A stretch of 64,000 bases of DNA from Parcubacteria group bacterium Athens0714_16. Lineage in GTDB: Bacteria > Patescibacteriota > Minisyncoccia > Phycocordibacterales > 21-14-all-36-13. Below, in pieces: positions 29,574 to 39,335 of this stretch. The notes below the pieces were generated by a model that saw only the letters and a program-made list of their open reading frames with translations, had not been told where the DNA came from and did not search any database. Within the stretch, counting starts at the first letter, position 1; each line of letters begins with the position of its first letter. The DNA lies in NCBI GenBank assembly GCA_007376805.1, contig VMGX01000001.1, positions 70,461-134,460 on the forward strand, given 5' to 3'. The position numbers and the translations under genes are program-made.

Positions 29574-31889
29574 ATGCATAACGAAACATATAATATAAAA
29601 GGGATGCACTGTGCCTCATGTGCTAGTACTATCGAAAAAACTTTCAAAAAAGTTGACGGTGTAAACTCCGTTGAAGTTAATTACGGAACAGAAAAGGCAA
29701 AAATATCCTTTGACCCACTAAAAACAAATCCCACTACCCTTTCCAAACATATCGAACCATTTGGATATTCATTGATTATACCAATGGCAAATACCTCGAC
29801 TTCATTTAGTGCCGGTGAAATGGGAATATCAGAAAATGAACATGCAAAACATTTGGGTCTAAATCAATCAAAAAACGAAAAACTTGCTGAATTGAAAGAT
29901 ATGAAAAATAAAGTTATATCTGTTATCCCTCTCACTATTTTTAGTAGCTTCGTATTAGCGTGGGAAACTCTTTCTCAATTTAATATTGTTCCTACTATCC
30001 CGTATTTTTGGGAAGAATTTTTTCATCATTTACTCCCAATAATGGCTACCTATACTTTGTTCGTTGTTGGAAAACCATATCTTTTAGGATTTTATCGTTT
30101 TCTTCGTTATGGCAAAGCCAATATGGATACTCTGATAGGAATCGGAACATCCGTTGCTTTTATTTTTAGTTTTATTGTTTCTGCTTTTGAAGAAAGTTTA
30201 AGATCCTTTATAAATGTAGAGCAGAGTTATTACGACGTGACAATTATTGTTATTGCCTTTATTACCCTCGGTAAATATCTTGAAGCTCGTTCAAAATTAA
30301 AAACAGGTGACGCCATAGAAAAATTATTAAATCTGCAAGCAAAAACTGCACTTGTTATTCGTGAAGGAAAAGAAGTTGAAATATCAATAGACCAAGTCCT
30401 ACACGGAGATTTGATAATTGTAAAACCAGGAAATTCAATACCTGTTGACGGTATTATTACAGATGGCACTTCCTTTATAGATGAAGCAATGATCACTGGT
30501 GAACCAATGCCCGTTTCAAAAAAAATTGGAGATGCTGTCGTGGCTGGAACAATAAACACAAATGGTTCGTTTACTTTTAGAACAACAAAAGTTGGTTCAG
30601 AAACTTTGCTTGCTAAAATAATAAAAATGGTTGAAGAAGCACAAGGAAGTAAGGCACCTATACAGGCATTAGCAGATAAAATTTCTGGCGTTTTTGTTCC
30701 AATTGTTTTAGTTTTGTCTTTTGTTTCTTTGGGACTTTGGCTTGTTGTTGGTTCAAGCTACCTCGGTTTTTCGCAAGCACTTTCTTTTGGCCTAGTTTCT
30801 TTCGTGGGCATTCTTGTTATAGCTTGCCCTTGTGCACTTGGTCTCGCAACACCAACGGCAATTATTGTTGGTGTAGGAAAGGGTGCGAGAGAAGGAATAC
30901 TTGTTAAAGACGCCGGAACACTTGAAAAACTTCACAAAGTAAATGTAATTGTTGTTGATAAAACTGGAACACTTACACGCGGGAAACCAGAACTTGTTTC
31001 AATAAAAAATCTTTCCGACAAAAGTGATGATGAACTAATATCAATTATTGCTTCTCTTGATAGTCAGTCATCTCATCCTGTCGCCCACGCAACTGTTTCC
31101 TATGCACGAGAAAAAAATATTCCATTTCAACCAGTAACTTCTTTTGAATCAATCAAAGGAAAAGGATCAAGAGGAATAATTAATGGCAATGAATATTATG
31201 TTGGCAGTCCAAAATTTTTGGCAGATTTTAATATTTCCTTTGACATTTCTTCTTTAGAAAAAGAAACATTAGAAGGTAAAACACCTGTAATTTTAATTAA
31301 AGAAAAAAATATTCTAGGCGTAGTAATGGTTGCAGATGCAATAAAACCAGAAGCTGTTGAATCAATAAAAAATCTTCATAAACTTGGTATAAAAATAATC
31401 ATGGTTACTGGAGATAATAAAAATACTGCTGATTATATTGCAAAGCAAATTGGTATTGATGAGGTTGTTGCAGAAGTAATGCCAGAAGATAAATTAAATA
31501 AAATAAAAGAATTACAGTCACAAGGAAAAATCGTTGCGATGGCTGGTGATGGAGTGAATGATGCCCCCGCCCTTGCTCAAGCTGATGTGGGTATAGCAAT
31601 GGCAACTGGGACTGACGTGGCAATAGAAACTGCTGGCATCACACTTTTGCATGGTGATATTTCAAAACTAGTAAAAGCTATTCGTTTATCCAAATTAACA
31701 ATGCGTGGGATTAAACAAAATCTTTTCTGGGCGTTTGTTTACAATATTGTAGGGATACCACTTGCAGGAGGTTTGTTTTATCCAATTTTTGGTTGGATGT
31801 TAAGTCCAGTTTTTGCCGGATTCGCAATGGCAATGTCCAGCGTATCGGTTGTCGGTAATTCACTTAGATTAAAAGTAAAAAAATTATAA
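29574..31889 (+). CDS. copA: Copper-translocating P1B-type ATPase
   Basis: GMHCASC, CPC, DKTGT, HP, GDGVND, YN and MAMSS Cu(I) motifs. Confidence 0.95.
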   Translation: MHNETYNIKGMHCASCASTIEKTFKKVDGVNSVEVNYGTEKAKISFDPLKTNPTTLSKHIEPFGYSLIIPMANTSTSFSAGEMGISENEHAKHLGLNQSKNEKLAELKDMKNKVISVIPLTIFSSFVLAWETLSQFNIVPTIPYFWEEFFHHLLPIMATYTLFVVGKPYLLGFYRFLRYGKANMDTLIGIGTSVAFIFSFIVSAFEESLRSFINVEQSYYDVTIIVIAFITLGKYLEARSKLKTGDAIEKLLNLQAKTALVIREGKEVEISIDQVLHGDLIIVKPGNSIPVDGIITDGTSFIDEAMITGEPMPVSKKIGDAVVAGTINTNGSFTFRTTKVGSETLLAKIIKMVEEAQGSKAPIQALADKISGVFVPIVLVLSFVSLGLWLVVGSSYLGFSQALSFGLVSFVGILVIACPCALGLATPTAIIVGVGKGAREGILVKDAGTLEKLHKVNVIVVDKTGTLTRGKPELVSIKNLSDKSDDELISIIASLDSQSSHPVAHATVSYAREKNIPFQPVTSFESIKGKGSRGIINGNEYYVGSPKFLADFNISFDISSLEKETLEGKTPVILIKEKNILGVVMVADAIKPEAVESIKNLHKLGIKIIMVTGDNKNTADYIAKQIGIDEVVAEVMPEDKLNKIKELQSQGKIVAMAGDGVNDAPALAQADVGIAMATGTDVAIETAGITLLHGDISKLVKAIRLSKLTMRGIKQNLFWAFVYNIVGIPLAGGLFYPIFGWMLSPVFAGFAMAMSSVSVVGNSLRLKVKKL

Positions 31890-31949
31890 GATTATTATTA
31901 ACTTTCAGCCATAGGCTGATCCGCCTCTGGCGGAAATTAAAAAATTAAT

Positions 31950-32186
31950 ATGACATATGGACTATATAATGGGTTGGGGTTCGGAAATATGATGGGTTTT
32001 TGGGGAGGTGGAATTATGATGATTATTTTTTGGGGAATAATTATTTATTTTATTGTTTGGCTTGTTCGTAGTAACAAAACAAGTGAAGTAGATAATAAAA
32101 AAGCCCTTGATATTCTTAAAGAAAGATATGCGCGAGGAGAAATAGAAAAAAAAGAATTTGAAGAAAAGAAAAAAGATTTAAATTAA
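31950..32186 (+). CDS. SHOCT-domain membrane protein
   Basis: Met/Gly-rich TM segment, ALDILKERYARGEI. Confidence 0.85.
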   Translation: MTYGLYNGLGFGNMMGFWGGGIMMIIFWGIIIYFIVWLVRSNKTSEVDNKKALDILKERYARGEIEKKEFEEKKKDLN

Positions 32187-32243
32187 AACATTAGAAATTT
32201 ATTTTCGATCGAAATGACAAAATAATAATAAAAATATATAATT

Positions 32244-32417
32244 ATGTTTAATATATTTAAAGAAAAATGCCCAGTTTGTAAGATGGAACTTGAAAAAGGT
32301 AAAGTTTATCCTGAAGACGCTGGTAAAAAGTTTTGTTCAGAAAATTGCAAACAAGAATATAAAAAACAATTAATACAAAGACAATTACATCATCCCGGTG
32401 GCGGATGTTGTCATTAA
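32244..32417 (+). CDS. YHS/TRASH-like metal-binding small protein (57 aa, not in the ORF track)
   Basis: Hand translation MFNIFKEKCPVCKM...FCSENC...HHPGGGCCH. Confidence 0.8.
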   Translation: MFNIFKEKCPVCKMELEKGKVYPEDAGKKFCSENCKQEYKKQLIQRQLHHPGGGCCH

Positions 32418-32449
32418 AAAATCGAATAAGTTAAAACTAATTAAAAAAT

Positions 32450-32671
32450 ATGAAACTGTCAAAATTAATGCATGTAGCTAGCGTTATAATTGGTCTTGCT
32501 GGGGTAATTACATTTGCATCCGCGATTCTCAGCGGTGCTGATAATCTTGTATTTGGAATTACAAAATTGGATGCACTATTATGTTCTGCCATCCTTGTTC
32601 TTATTGCAATTTGGCTATCAATTGGAACGATTCATCACATAATACTTGAGAAACGAGGAGATATCATTTAA
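32450..32671 (+). CDS. Small two-TM protein
   Basis: Two hydrophobic helices, His residues; lies in the copper island. Confidence 0.65.
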   Translation: MKLSKLMHVASVIIGLAGVITFASAILSGADNLVFGITKLDALLCSAILVLIAIWLSIGTIHHIILEKRGDII

Positions 32672-32727
32672 TAACTCAATCATTAAAAAAATATAAAATT
32701 ATAATAAAAGAGTTATAATAATTACTA

Positions 32728-33150
32728 TTGTTAATTTATATGTCATCTTTGTTAAAAAAAACCATTGCATCATTTGTTCTGTTATCATTTTTGATAATTG
32801 TGTTTTTTAGTTTTGTTGTAATGATGCACGAACCTAATGGGGGCATGTCTAAAAACTGTCTTTTTTCAACGGTTGATGTTTCTCTTTGTCCGCAGGATGC
32901 ATTGGTTATGGTTTTTCACCATATTTCTTCTTATCAATCATTCATTAACATACCAATAGATTTTGGTATTTCAATATTAGTTATTTTTTTACTTTTTGTT
33001 TTATATACAATTCTAACAACATTTATAAATTCGTCTCAATTTAAATTAGTTTCTATTGGTATTTCTTATAGCCCCCCGCAAGAAACTTCACACGAAAGAA
33101 AAATAGCGCGCTGGGTGGCTCTACACGAAAATAGTCCTACTATTTTTTAG
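32728..33150 (+). CDS. Membrane protein with Cys/His residues ending WVALHENSP
   Basis: Two TM segments, Cys pair, HH. Confidence 0.65.
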   Translation: MLIYMSSLLKKTIASFVLLSFLIIVFFSFVVMMHEPNGGMSKNCLFSTVDVSLCPQDALVMVFHHISSYQSFINIPIDFGISILVIFLLFVLYTILTTFINSSQFKLVSIGISYSPPQETSHERKIARWVALHENSPTIF

Positions 33151-33286
33151 GGTGCTAATACAAAATCCTTTATTTTCTTTTGTATAAAACAAAAGAATAA
33201 CAAGTCGAACAAGTTTTGTATTACGCATCCATGATCCCTTAATTAAAGGGGTCTTTTATTTCTAATTTATTCTCTAATAATCAAAT

Positions 33287-33778
33287 ATGAAAAATACAAT
33301 AATAACAGGTGTGATTATAGTGCTCGGACTGATTGGTCTCATGATTTGGGGTAAAAGTAATCAAACAGCGGAAATTCCAAAAAATTCTGATGCAATAAGT
33401 TCTTTAACAACATCAGAAAAATTATATGATTTTGGAACAATCTCCATGAAAAATGGACTGGTTAATCATGTGTTCAAAGTTACAAATCCATCAAACAAAG
33501 ATATATTCGTAAAAAAAGTTAGTACTTCGTGTATGTGCACGCAGGCATATATTGGAAGCGCGGGTGGAGAAAAAGGACCTTTCGGTATGGAAGGTATGGG
33601 ATATGTTCCACCGGCAAATGAAATCATCAAAGCGGGAGAATCTAAAGATATAAAGGTCGTATACGATCCAAATGCTCACGGACCGGCGGGCGTAGGAGTA
33701 ATTGATAGATTTATTTATCTCGTAGAAACAAATGGTGAAACTACACAGCTTGAAATAAAAGCAATAGTAACTCCATAA
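33287..33778 (+). CDS. DUF1573-like Ig-fold protein
   Basis: YDFGTI..FKVTN..TSCMCT..YDPNAH. Confidence 0.8.
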   Translation: MKNTIITGVIIVLGLIGLMIWGKSNQTAEIPKNSDAISSLTTSEKLYDFGTISMKNGLVNHVFKVTNPSNKDIFVKKVSTSCMCTQAYIGSAGGEKGPFGMEGMGYVPPANEIIKAGESKDIKVVYDPNAHGPAGVGVIDRFIYLVETNGETTQLEIKAIVTP

Positions 33779-33783
33779 AACTT

Positions 33784-34563
33784 ATGAAAAGAACACTAAT
33801 ATTTCTTTCTGTTTTAATCGTAGTCATTATCGGGCTTGTAATACTCAAAAACAGCACAGCTACTTCTTCTTTAATTTGGAACTTGAGCAATAACGGCGTG
33901 TGGCTTTTGCCACTTATTTTAGTGTCGGCTATTCTTGACAGTGTTCATCCTTGTTCATTTTCTATTCTTCTAATTACTATCGCATTTCTTTTTGGGATGC
34001 AAATGACTAGAAAAAAAATTCTACAAATCGGTGGAACATACATAGCTGGAATCTTTACAGCATACCTTTTGATAGGCCTTGGTATTCTTAAAATATTACA
34101 TCTATTCAACACACCACACTTCATGGGCAAACTCGGAGCTACACTTTTGATTGTCTTTGGAATTATAAATCTTGTAAATTATCTTTTCCCAAAATTTCCA
34201 CTCAAACTCAAAATTCCAAGTGTCTCGCATACTGCAATGGGACGACTAATGGAAAAAGCATCTTTCCCAGCTGCATTTGGATTGGGACTTTTGGTTGGCA
34301 TATGTCAATTTCCATGCATGGGTGGTCCATACCTAATGGTTATTGGTTTACTTCGTGATCAAGTCACATATTTCAGTGGTTTTGGTTATCTCGTACTCTA
34401 TAATTTAATTCTCATATTACCTCTCATAGCCGTGCTTTGGATTACGGCAGACAAAACAATCGTAGATAAAATACAAGAATGGAAAAAAACAAATATGAAA
34501 GGAGTAAAATTTTGGGCGGGTCTTGCCATGATTATTATAGGCATCTTAATCTTCTTCATTTAA
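33784..34563 (+). CDS. CcdA/DsbD-like transmembrane redox protein
   Basis: DSVHPCS and FPCMGGPY cysteine motifs in TM helices. Confidence 0.8.
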   Translation: MKRTLIFLSVLIVVIIGLVILKNSTATSSLIWNLSNNGVWLLPLILVSAILDSVHPCSFSILLITIAFLFGMQMTRKKILQIGGTYIAGIFTAYLLIGLGILKILHLFNTPHFMGKLGATLLIVFGIINLVNYLFPKFPLKLKIPSVSHTAMGRLMEKASFPAAFGLGLLVGICQFPCMGGPYLMVIGLLRDQVTYFSGFGYLVLYNLILILPLIAVLWITADKTIVDKIQEWKKTNMKGVKFWAGLAMIIIGILIFFI

Positions 34564-34567
34564 ATTT

Positions 34568-35104
34568 ATGAAAACTTTTAACGAGGCGGAAACAAAACCG
34601 CCAACAATTGATGAATTTCTCATTAAAATAGAATCATTAAAAGAAAAAGCTGGAGTTGATTTATCAACGGCAGAAGATTTGAGTTTGGCCGTTATGAATT
34701 TAATTAGTTTGGAAGAACATTTTTTCTTTACTGGCATAAAAACAAAGCAAAACGAATATTTTGACACCTCACTGGAAATTCGAAATATCCGAAAAGAATT
34801 GTTGGCAGATCTCATGCCAAACCATGAAGGAGAAACGTGGTGTATATCTAAACATTTGCTTTCAACAACAATGCGACTTATTGAGGTAGGTAATAAACTT
34901 CAATCCGAAAATAAAAAAGATGAAGCAAGAAAAATGTTTGAAAGAGCCTATAAAATATATTCGATTTTTTGGGCCTTAAAATTAAAATTAATCACTGGGG
35001 GAAAAATACAAAAAACAGCCAAAGATAGTTCCGCAACACTCAATACAAATAGTTCACAACTCGAGGATTTGGTAACTAAACTTGCTGATTGTTGTAATGA
35101 ATAA
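34568..35104 (+). CDS. Hypothetical protein with C-terminal CC
   Basis: WCISKH and DCCNE; operonic. Confidence 0.65.
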   Translation: MKTFNEAETKPPTIDEFLIKIESLKEKAGVDLSTAEDLSLAVMNLISLEEHFFFTGIKTKQNEYFDTSLEIRNIRKELLADLMPNHEGETWCISKHLLSTTMRLIEVGNKLQSENKKDEARKMFERAYKIYSIFWALKLKLITGGKIQKTAKDSSATLNTNSSQLEDLVTKLADCCNE

Positions 35105-35144
35105 ATATTAAAATATTTTTAAAAATATTCACTTAAATAAAATT

Positions 35145-36140
35145 ATGAAAAATGAAAATTTAGAAGATAAAATATCAAAAAAAATTACTTCGTTTATAAC
35201 ACCAATGCCCATAGCAATTATTATCGCCGCGGCCTTAATTTCTATGGCGTGGGTATATAACACTAGTTTAAAAAATTCTGACAATACACAGAAAACGAAT
35301 GGCGCATCAGAAAAAGTTCAAATATCCGAATTAGAGGAAAGTGTGTTGCCGGCCGATGGAGTTATATTGCCAGTAAGTTGGGGGGATTTGGGACCTAAAC
35401 TTATAAATGTTGGGGCAATTGATGCTAATAAATTTCAAGCAATATATGAACAAAAAAATGCTTTTACAGATGAATACAAAAATTTGCTTATCGGAAAAAA
35501 TGACGGCAAACTCAAAATAACAAGTGAAAATGCCGGATATATTTTGAACTTATTTTGGGCACTTGGTCTAGCAAGCAAAAACACTATTTTAGAATCAGGT
35601 GAAATGTCAGATCCAAAATATGGTGGAGCTGGAAACTTTGCGTCTACTGGCGGTTGGACGATAGCTAAAGGAAACCCAATGGACCATTATAGTAAACATA
35701 AATTCTTTGATCTGACTCCAGAACAACAAGCCCTAGTAGATAAAGTATCACGAGGTATATACAGACCATGCTGTGGCAATTCAACCCATTTCCCTGATTG
35801 TAATCATGGGATGGCAATGCTTGGACTCTTAGAACTTATGGCGTCACAAGGTGTAAATGAACAAGATATGTGGAAAACAGCATTGATAGTAAATTCATAC
35901 TGGTTCCCTGATACATACATTACAATCGCAACATACATGAAAAATAAAGGGATTGATTGGAAAGATGTAAGCCCACAAGAAATATTAGGATTTGATTATT
36001 CTAGTGCTCAAGGATATGCAAAAATTGCGTCTCAGGTTGTTCAACCAGAACAACGTAGCGGAGGAAGTGGATGTGGTGTTGATACAGGTGAATCAACTCC
36101 TGTTCAACAAAGACAACAAAGTGGATGTGGTGTGCAGTAA
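35145..36140 (+). CDS. Membrane-anchored Cys-rich putative metal-binding protein
   Basis: RPCCGNSTHFPDCNHG; duplicated SGCGV tail. Confidence 0.7.
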   Translation: MKNENLEDKISKKITSFITPMPIAIIIAAALISMAWVYNTSLKNSDNTQKTNGASEKVQISELEESVLPADGVILPVSWGDLGPKLINVGAIDANKFQAIYEQKNAFTDEYKNLLIGKNDGKLKITSENAGYILNLFWALGLASKNTILESGEMSDPKYGGAGNFASTGGWTIAKGNPMDHYSKHKFFDLTPEQQALVDKVSRGIYRPCCGNSTHFPDCNHGMAMLGLLELMASQGVNEQDMWKTALIVNSYWFPDTYITIATYMKNKGIDWKDVSPQEILGFDYSSAQGYAKIASQVVQPEQRSGGSGCGVDTGESTPVQQRQQSGCGVQ

Positions 36141-36218
36141 TCTAAAACCGACAAAAAACACCATTAAATTAAAAACCCCGTTCTGGGGTTTTTAATTTAA
36201 TGGTATAATTGTTTTCTT

Positions 36219-37247
36219 ATGCCACAACAAAAAACTTATATATTCCACGTTAATGGTATGCACTGCAAAGCATGTGTATTATTAACAGAAAGTGAGCTTG
36301 GTGAAATACCAGAAATATCCCACGTAAAAGCATCCCTAAAAAATCTCGAAGTTAAGGTGACGGGTGAATTTGGAAACAAAGAGCCTGAATTTATTGCAGA
36401 AGATTTGAGTAAAATATTGAAACCACATGGTTATACACTTTCTCTCGAAAAACAAAAACATTTTGTTAAATGGTCAGATTTTCGTATCGCTATTCCGATT
36501 GCGTTGGTATTTATTGTATTGTTTATAATCTTACAAAAATTAGGCATCGTTAACTTAATAACAACATCAGATGTTAGTTACGGCACAGCGTTTGTGGTTG
36601 GTCTTATTGCATCTGTTTCCACGTGTATGGCAGTGGTTGGGGGAATAGTTCTTTCTATGTCAACAAACTTTGCAAAAGAAGGCGACCATATACGCCCACA
36701 AATTTTATTTCATGTTGGACGACTTGTATCATTTTTTATTCTTGGAGGTTTGGTTGGTGCACTTGGTTCAGCATTTCAACTTGGAACAATCGGAACATTT
36801 ATTCTTAGTTTTATTGTTGCAATAGTTCTTCTCATTCTTGGTATTAATCTTCTCGATGTATTTCCCTGGGCTAAAAAGCTTCAGCCAACAATGCCAAGTT
36901 TTGTAGGAAAACATATTCATGGGCTTAAAAACTTTAATCACACTCTCACACCACTTCTAGTCGGTGTAGCAACATTCTTTTTGCCCTGTGGTTTTACTCA
37001 ATCAATGCAAATTTATACATTAAGCACGGGAAGTTTTTTAACTGGATCGTTAATTATGTTTGCGTTCTCACTTGGAACACTCCCGGTGCTTTCACTTTTG
37101 GGTTTTAGTTCACTTGGTATTCATAAAAAAACTCAATCTGGTGTATTCTTTAAAACAGCCGGCCTTATTGTAATATTCTTTGGTATTTTCAATTTAATAA
37201 ATGCACTAGCCGCTTCTGGTATTATTTCACCAATCTTTAATTTTTAA
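36219..37247 (+). CDS. HMA domain + DsbD_2/TauE-like membrane protein
   Basis: GMHCKAC, STCMAVVGG, LPCGFTQ. Confidence 0.85.
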   Translation: MPQQKTYIFHVNGMHCKACVLLTESELGEIPEISHVKASLKNLEVKVTGEFGNKEPEFIAEDLSKILKPHGYTLSLEKQKHFVKWSDFRIAIPIALVFIVLFIILQKLGIVNLITTSDVSYGTAFVVGLIASVSTCMAVVGGIVLSMSTNFAKEGDHIRPQILFHVGRLVSFFILGGLVGALGSAFQLGTIGTFILSFIVAIVLLILGINLLDVFPWAKKLQPTMPSFVGKHIHGLKNFNHTLTPLLVGVATFFLPCGFTQSMQIYTLSTGSFLTGSLIMFAFSLGTLPVLSLLGFSSLGIHKKTQSGVFFKTAGLIVIFFGIFNLINALAASGIISPIFNF

Positions 37248-37254
37248 TCAAATT

Positions 37255-37662
37255 ATGAAAACAATCACAACATCTGTAGTTTTAGCAATAATTATAATTG
37301 GAGGAGCAATTCTTCTTGGTGGTGGAAATAACAAAAATTCAAATGACCAAAATACAAACCCCTCACAAATTGTTAACAACGTAAGCGTGATTGATGGCAA
37401 ACAAATTATTGAAATTCGTGCAAAGGGTGGATATTCTCCCAGAACAACAACTGCTAAGGCAGATATACCAACTGTTATAAAAATTGAGACGCAGGGAACG
37501 TTTGATTGTTCGTCGGCATTGGTTATTCCAAGCTTGGGTTATCGAGAAAACCTCCCACCCTCAGGAGAAACTCTCATTGATTTACCCCCACAAAAAGCTG
37601 GTTCAAAATTGCAGGGCTTGTGTACAATGGGAATGTATAATTTCATAATAAATTTTGAATAA
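37255..37662 (+). CDS. Cupredoxin-like protein
   Basis: GYSP, C..ALVIP, CTMGM. Confidence 0.8.
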   Translation: MKTITTSVVLAIIIIGGAILLGGGNNKNSNDQNTNPSQIVNNVSVIDGKQIIEIRAKGGYSPRTTTAKADIPTVIKIETQGTFDCSSALVIPSLGYRENLPPSGETLIDLPPQKAGSKLQGLCTMGMYNFIINFE

Positions 37663-37725
37663 ACAAAAATAAAAGCCGTTAAGAAATTCTTAACGGTTTT
37701 TATTGTTTGGAGCCGCCTCCTTGAA

Positions 37726-38148
37726 CTATTGGTTTTTAATATATTTTTTATTTCTCCATTGCCTACCTTTACTTGCGTGGTTTAAATTTTTAAAATTTGG
37801 AGTTAATGAATGGCAGTTTGGACATAACAATCTTAAATTACTTTCTAAATTATTTTCAGAATTTCCATCAATATGGTCAATTTCTATAGGGACTTTCTTG
37901 GATTTTGGATGTTTTTTGTTCCACCCACACTGCGAACAGTGTTCTCCATATTTTTCCGATAGATATCTTTTCAAATGTTTTGATACATTTCTAGTATGTA
38001 TTCCTACGTTTCCATTTTTATTTCCAAGTTTCCATTCTTTTATATATTTTTTATATTGAGCAACAAATTGACATTTATTTGAACAATATTTTAATTGCCA
38101 ACGATTTATCAGATTTACACCACAATTGCTACATATCCCTTTTTTCAT
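37726..38148 (-). CDS. HNH endonuclease
   Basis: CSNC, YCSNKC, CSQC, EIDHIDGN..N...NLRLLCPNCH. Confidence 0.9.
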   Translation of the reverse strand: MKKGICSNCGVNLINRWQLKYCSNKCQFVAQYKKYIKEWKLGNKNGNVGIHTRNVSKHLKRYLSEKYGEHCSQCGWNKKHPKSKKVPIEIDHIDGNSENNLESNLRLLCPNCHSLTPNFKNLNHASKGRQWRNKKYIKNQ

Positions 38149-38214
38149 ACATTAAGTATACCATCTCTTATATGAAAAATGGTATACAGCGATAAATGAT
38201 AATTACTACTCTTG

Positions 38215-38287
38215 AGCCGAAAGAGGGATTCGAACCCACGACATCCACTTTACAAAAGTGGCGCTCTACCAACTGAGCTATTTCGGC
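38215..38287 (-). tRNA. tRNA-Thr(TGT)
   Basis: Cloverleaf GCCGAAA...TTTCGGC, anticodon arm CCACT-TTTGTAA-AGTGG, TTCGAAT loop. Confidence 0.95.
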
Positions 38288-38292
38288 ACACA

Positions 38293-38709
38293 CTAAACTA
38301 TTGTATTATCAATATCAGGTCTATTCTCATTACTTTCTCTTTTAAAATCAGCAATGTCATTAAGAAATGAAGAAACCTCCCCGTCTCGTCTTAAAACTTT
38401 CTTACCCATAATTATATTAACTATTTTTGAATCACTATTTTTCACCTTTTTTACTGCAATATGAAAAATTCTAACAACAAAAGTTTTTATTTCTTCGTAA
38501 ATAAAAAAAACAAATCTAATTGCATTTCTTCTATTAAAGTATGATGCGTAAAAATTTAATATAGACAAATGTTTCTTTGTTTTTCTTTCAAGATGATTTT
38601 TAATGTTCTCTGATATAACAACTCTGTCTTTTTGAAACTCAAAAATTTTAAAACAAAAAAGCATCGTAAGCCCAAGCAAAGATATTATAAATAAAATATA
38701 AACAAACAT
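38293..38709 (-). CDS. Hypothetical membrane-anchored protein
   Basis: N-terminal TM helix; follows tsf. Confidence 0.6.
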   Translation of the reverse strand: MFVYILFIISLLGLTMLFCFKIFEFQKDRVVISENIKNHLERKTKKHLSILNFYASYFNRRNAIRFVFFIYEEIKTFVVRIFHIAVKKVKNSDSKIVNIIMGKKVLRRDGEVSSFLNDIADFKRESNENRPDIDNTIV

Positions 38710-38713
38710 ATTT

Positions 38714-39301
38714 TTATCTTCCCATTACAGAAAAACGAGTAAATCTTGTTATTTCTATTTTTTCACCAAATTTTTGTGTTGCTGATTCTACCAAATTTCT
38801 TATAGTGCTATCAGGATTTTTTATAAAACTTTGTTCCAAAAGAACTTTGTCTTTAAAATATGAGTGCAACTTTCCCTCTAAAATTTTTTCTCGTAATTCT
38901 GCTGGTTTATTTTTAACTTCCTCTTCAAAAACCTCAGATGCTGTTTTTTTGTCTGCCTCTGTTATTTCTCCCATTGTTAAAAACGTAGGATTCATAGCAA
39001 CAACTTGCATTGCCACATTATACGCAAAATCTTTAAATTCTTGATTTCTTGCAACAAAATCTGTCTCGCACACGACTTCAACCATCGCCGCAACTGTTCC
39101 GTCTGTGTGAACATATGTTGAAATTAAACCAGCACCAATTTTTCTATCAGATTTTTTTGATGTAACTTCACTCCCCTTTTTCTGTAATACAACCAATGCT
39201 TTCGCCATATCACCACCAACACTCTCAAGTGCTTTTTTACATTGCATTATCGAAACACCGGTTTTATCACGAAGTTCTTTTATGAGTTCTGTTGTAATCA
39301 T
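38714..39301 (-). CDS. tsf: Elongation factor Ts (short form)
   Basis: IKELRDKTGVSIMQCKKAL, CETDFVARN. Confidence 0.96.
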   Translation of the reverse strand: MITTELIKELRDKTGVSIMQCKKALESVGGDMAKALVVLQKKGSEVTSKKSDRKIGAGLISTYVHTDGTVAAMVEVVCETDFVARNQEFKDFAYNVAMQVVAMNPTFLTMGEITEADKKTASEVFEEEVKNKPAELREKILEGKLHSYFKDKVLLEQSFIKNPDSTIRNLVESATQKFGEKIEITRFTRFSVMGR

Positions 39302-39335
39302 ATTTTAAAAAATTAGAGTAGACCAAATAAAAAAA

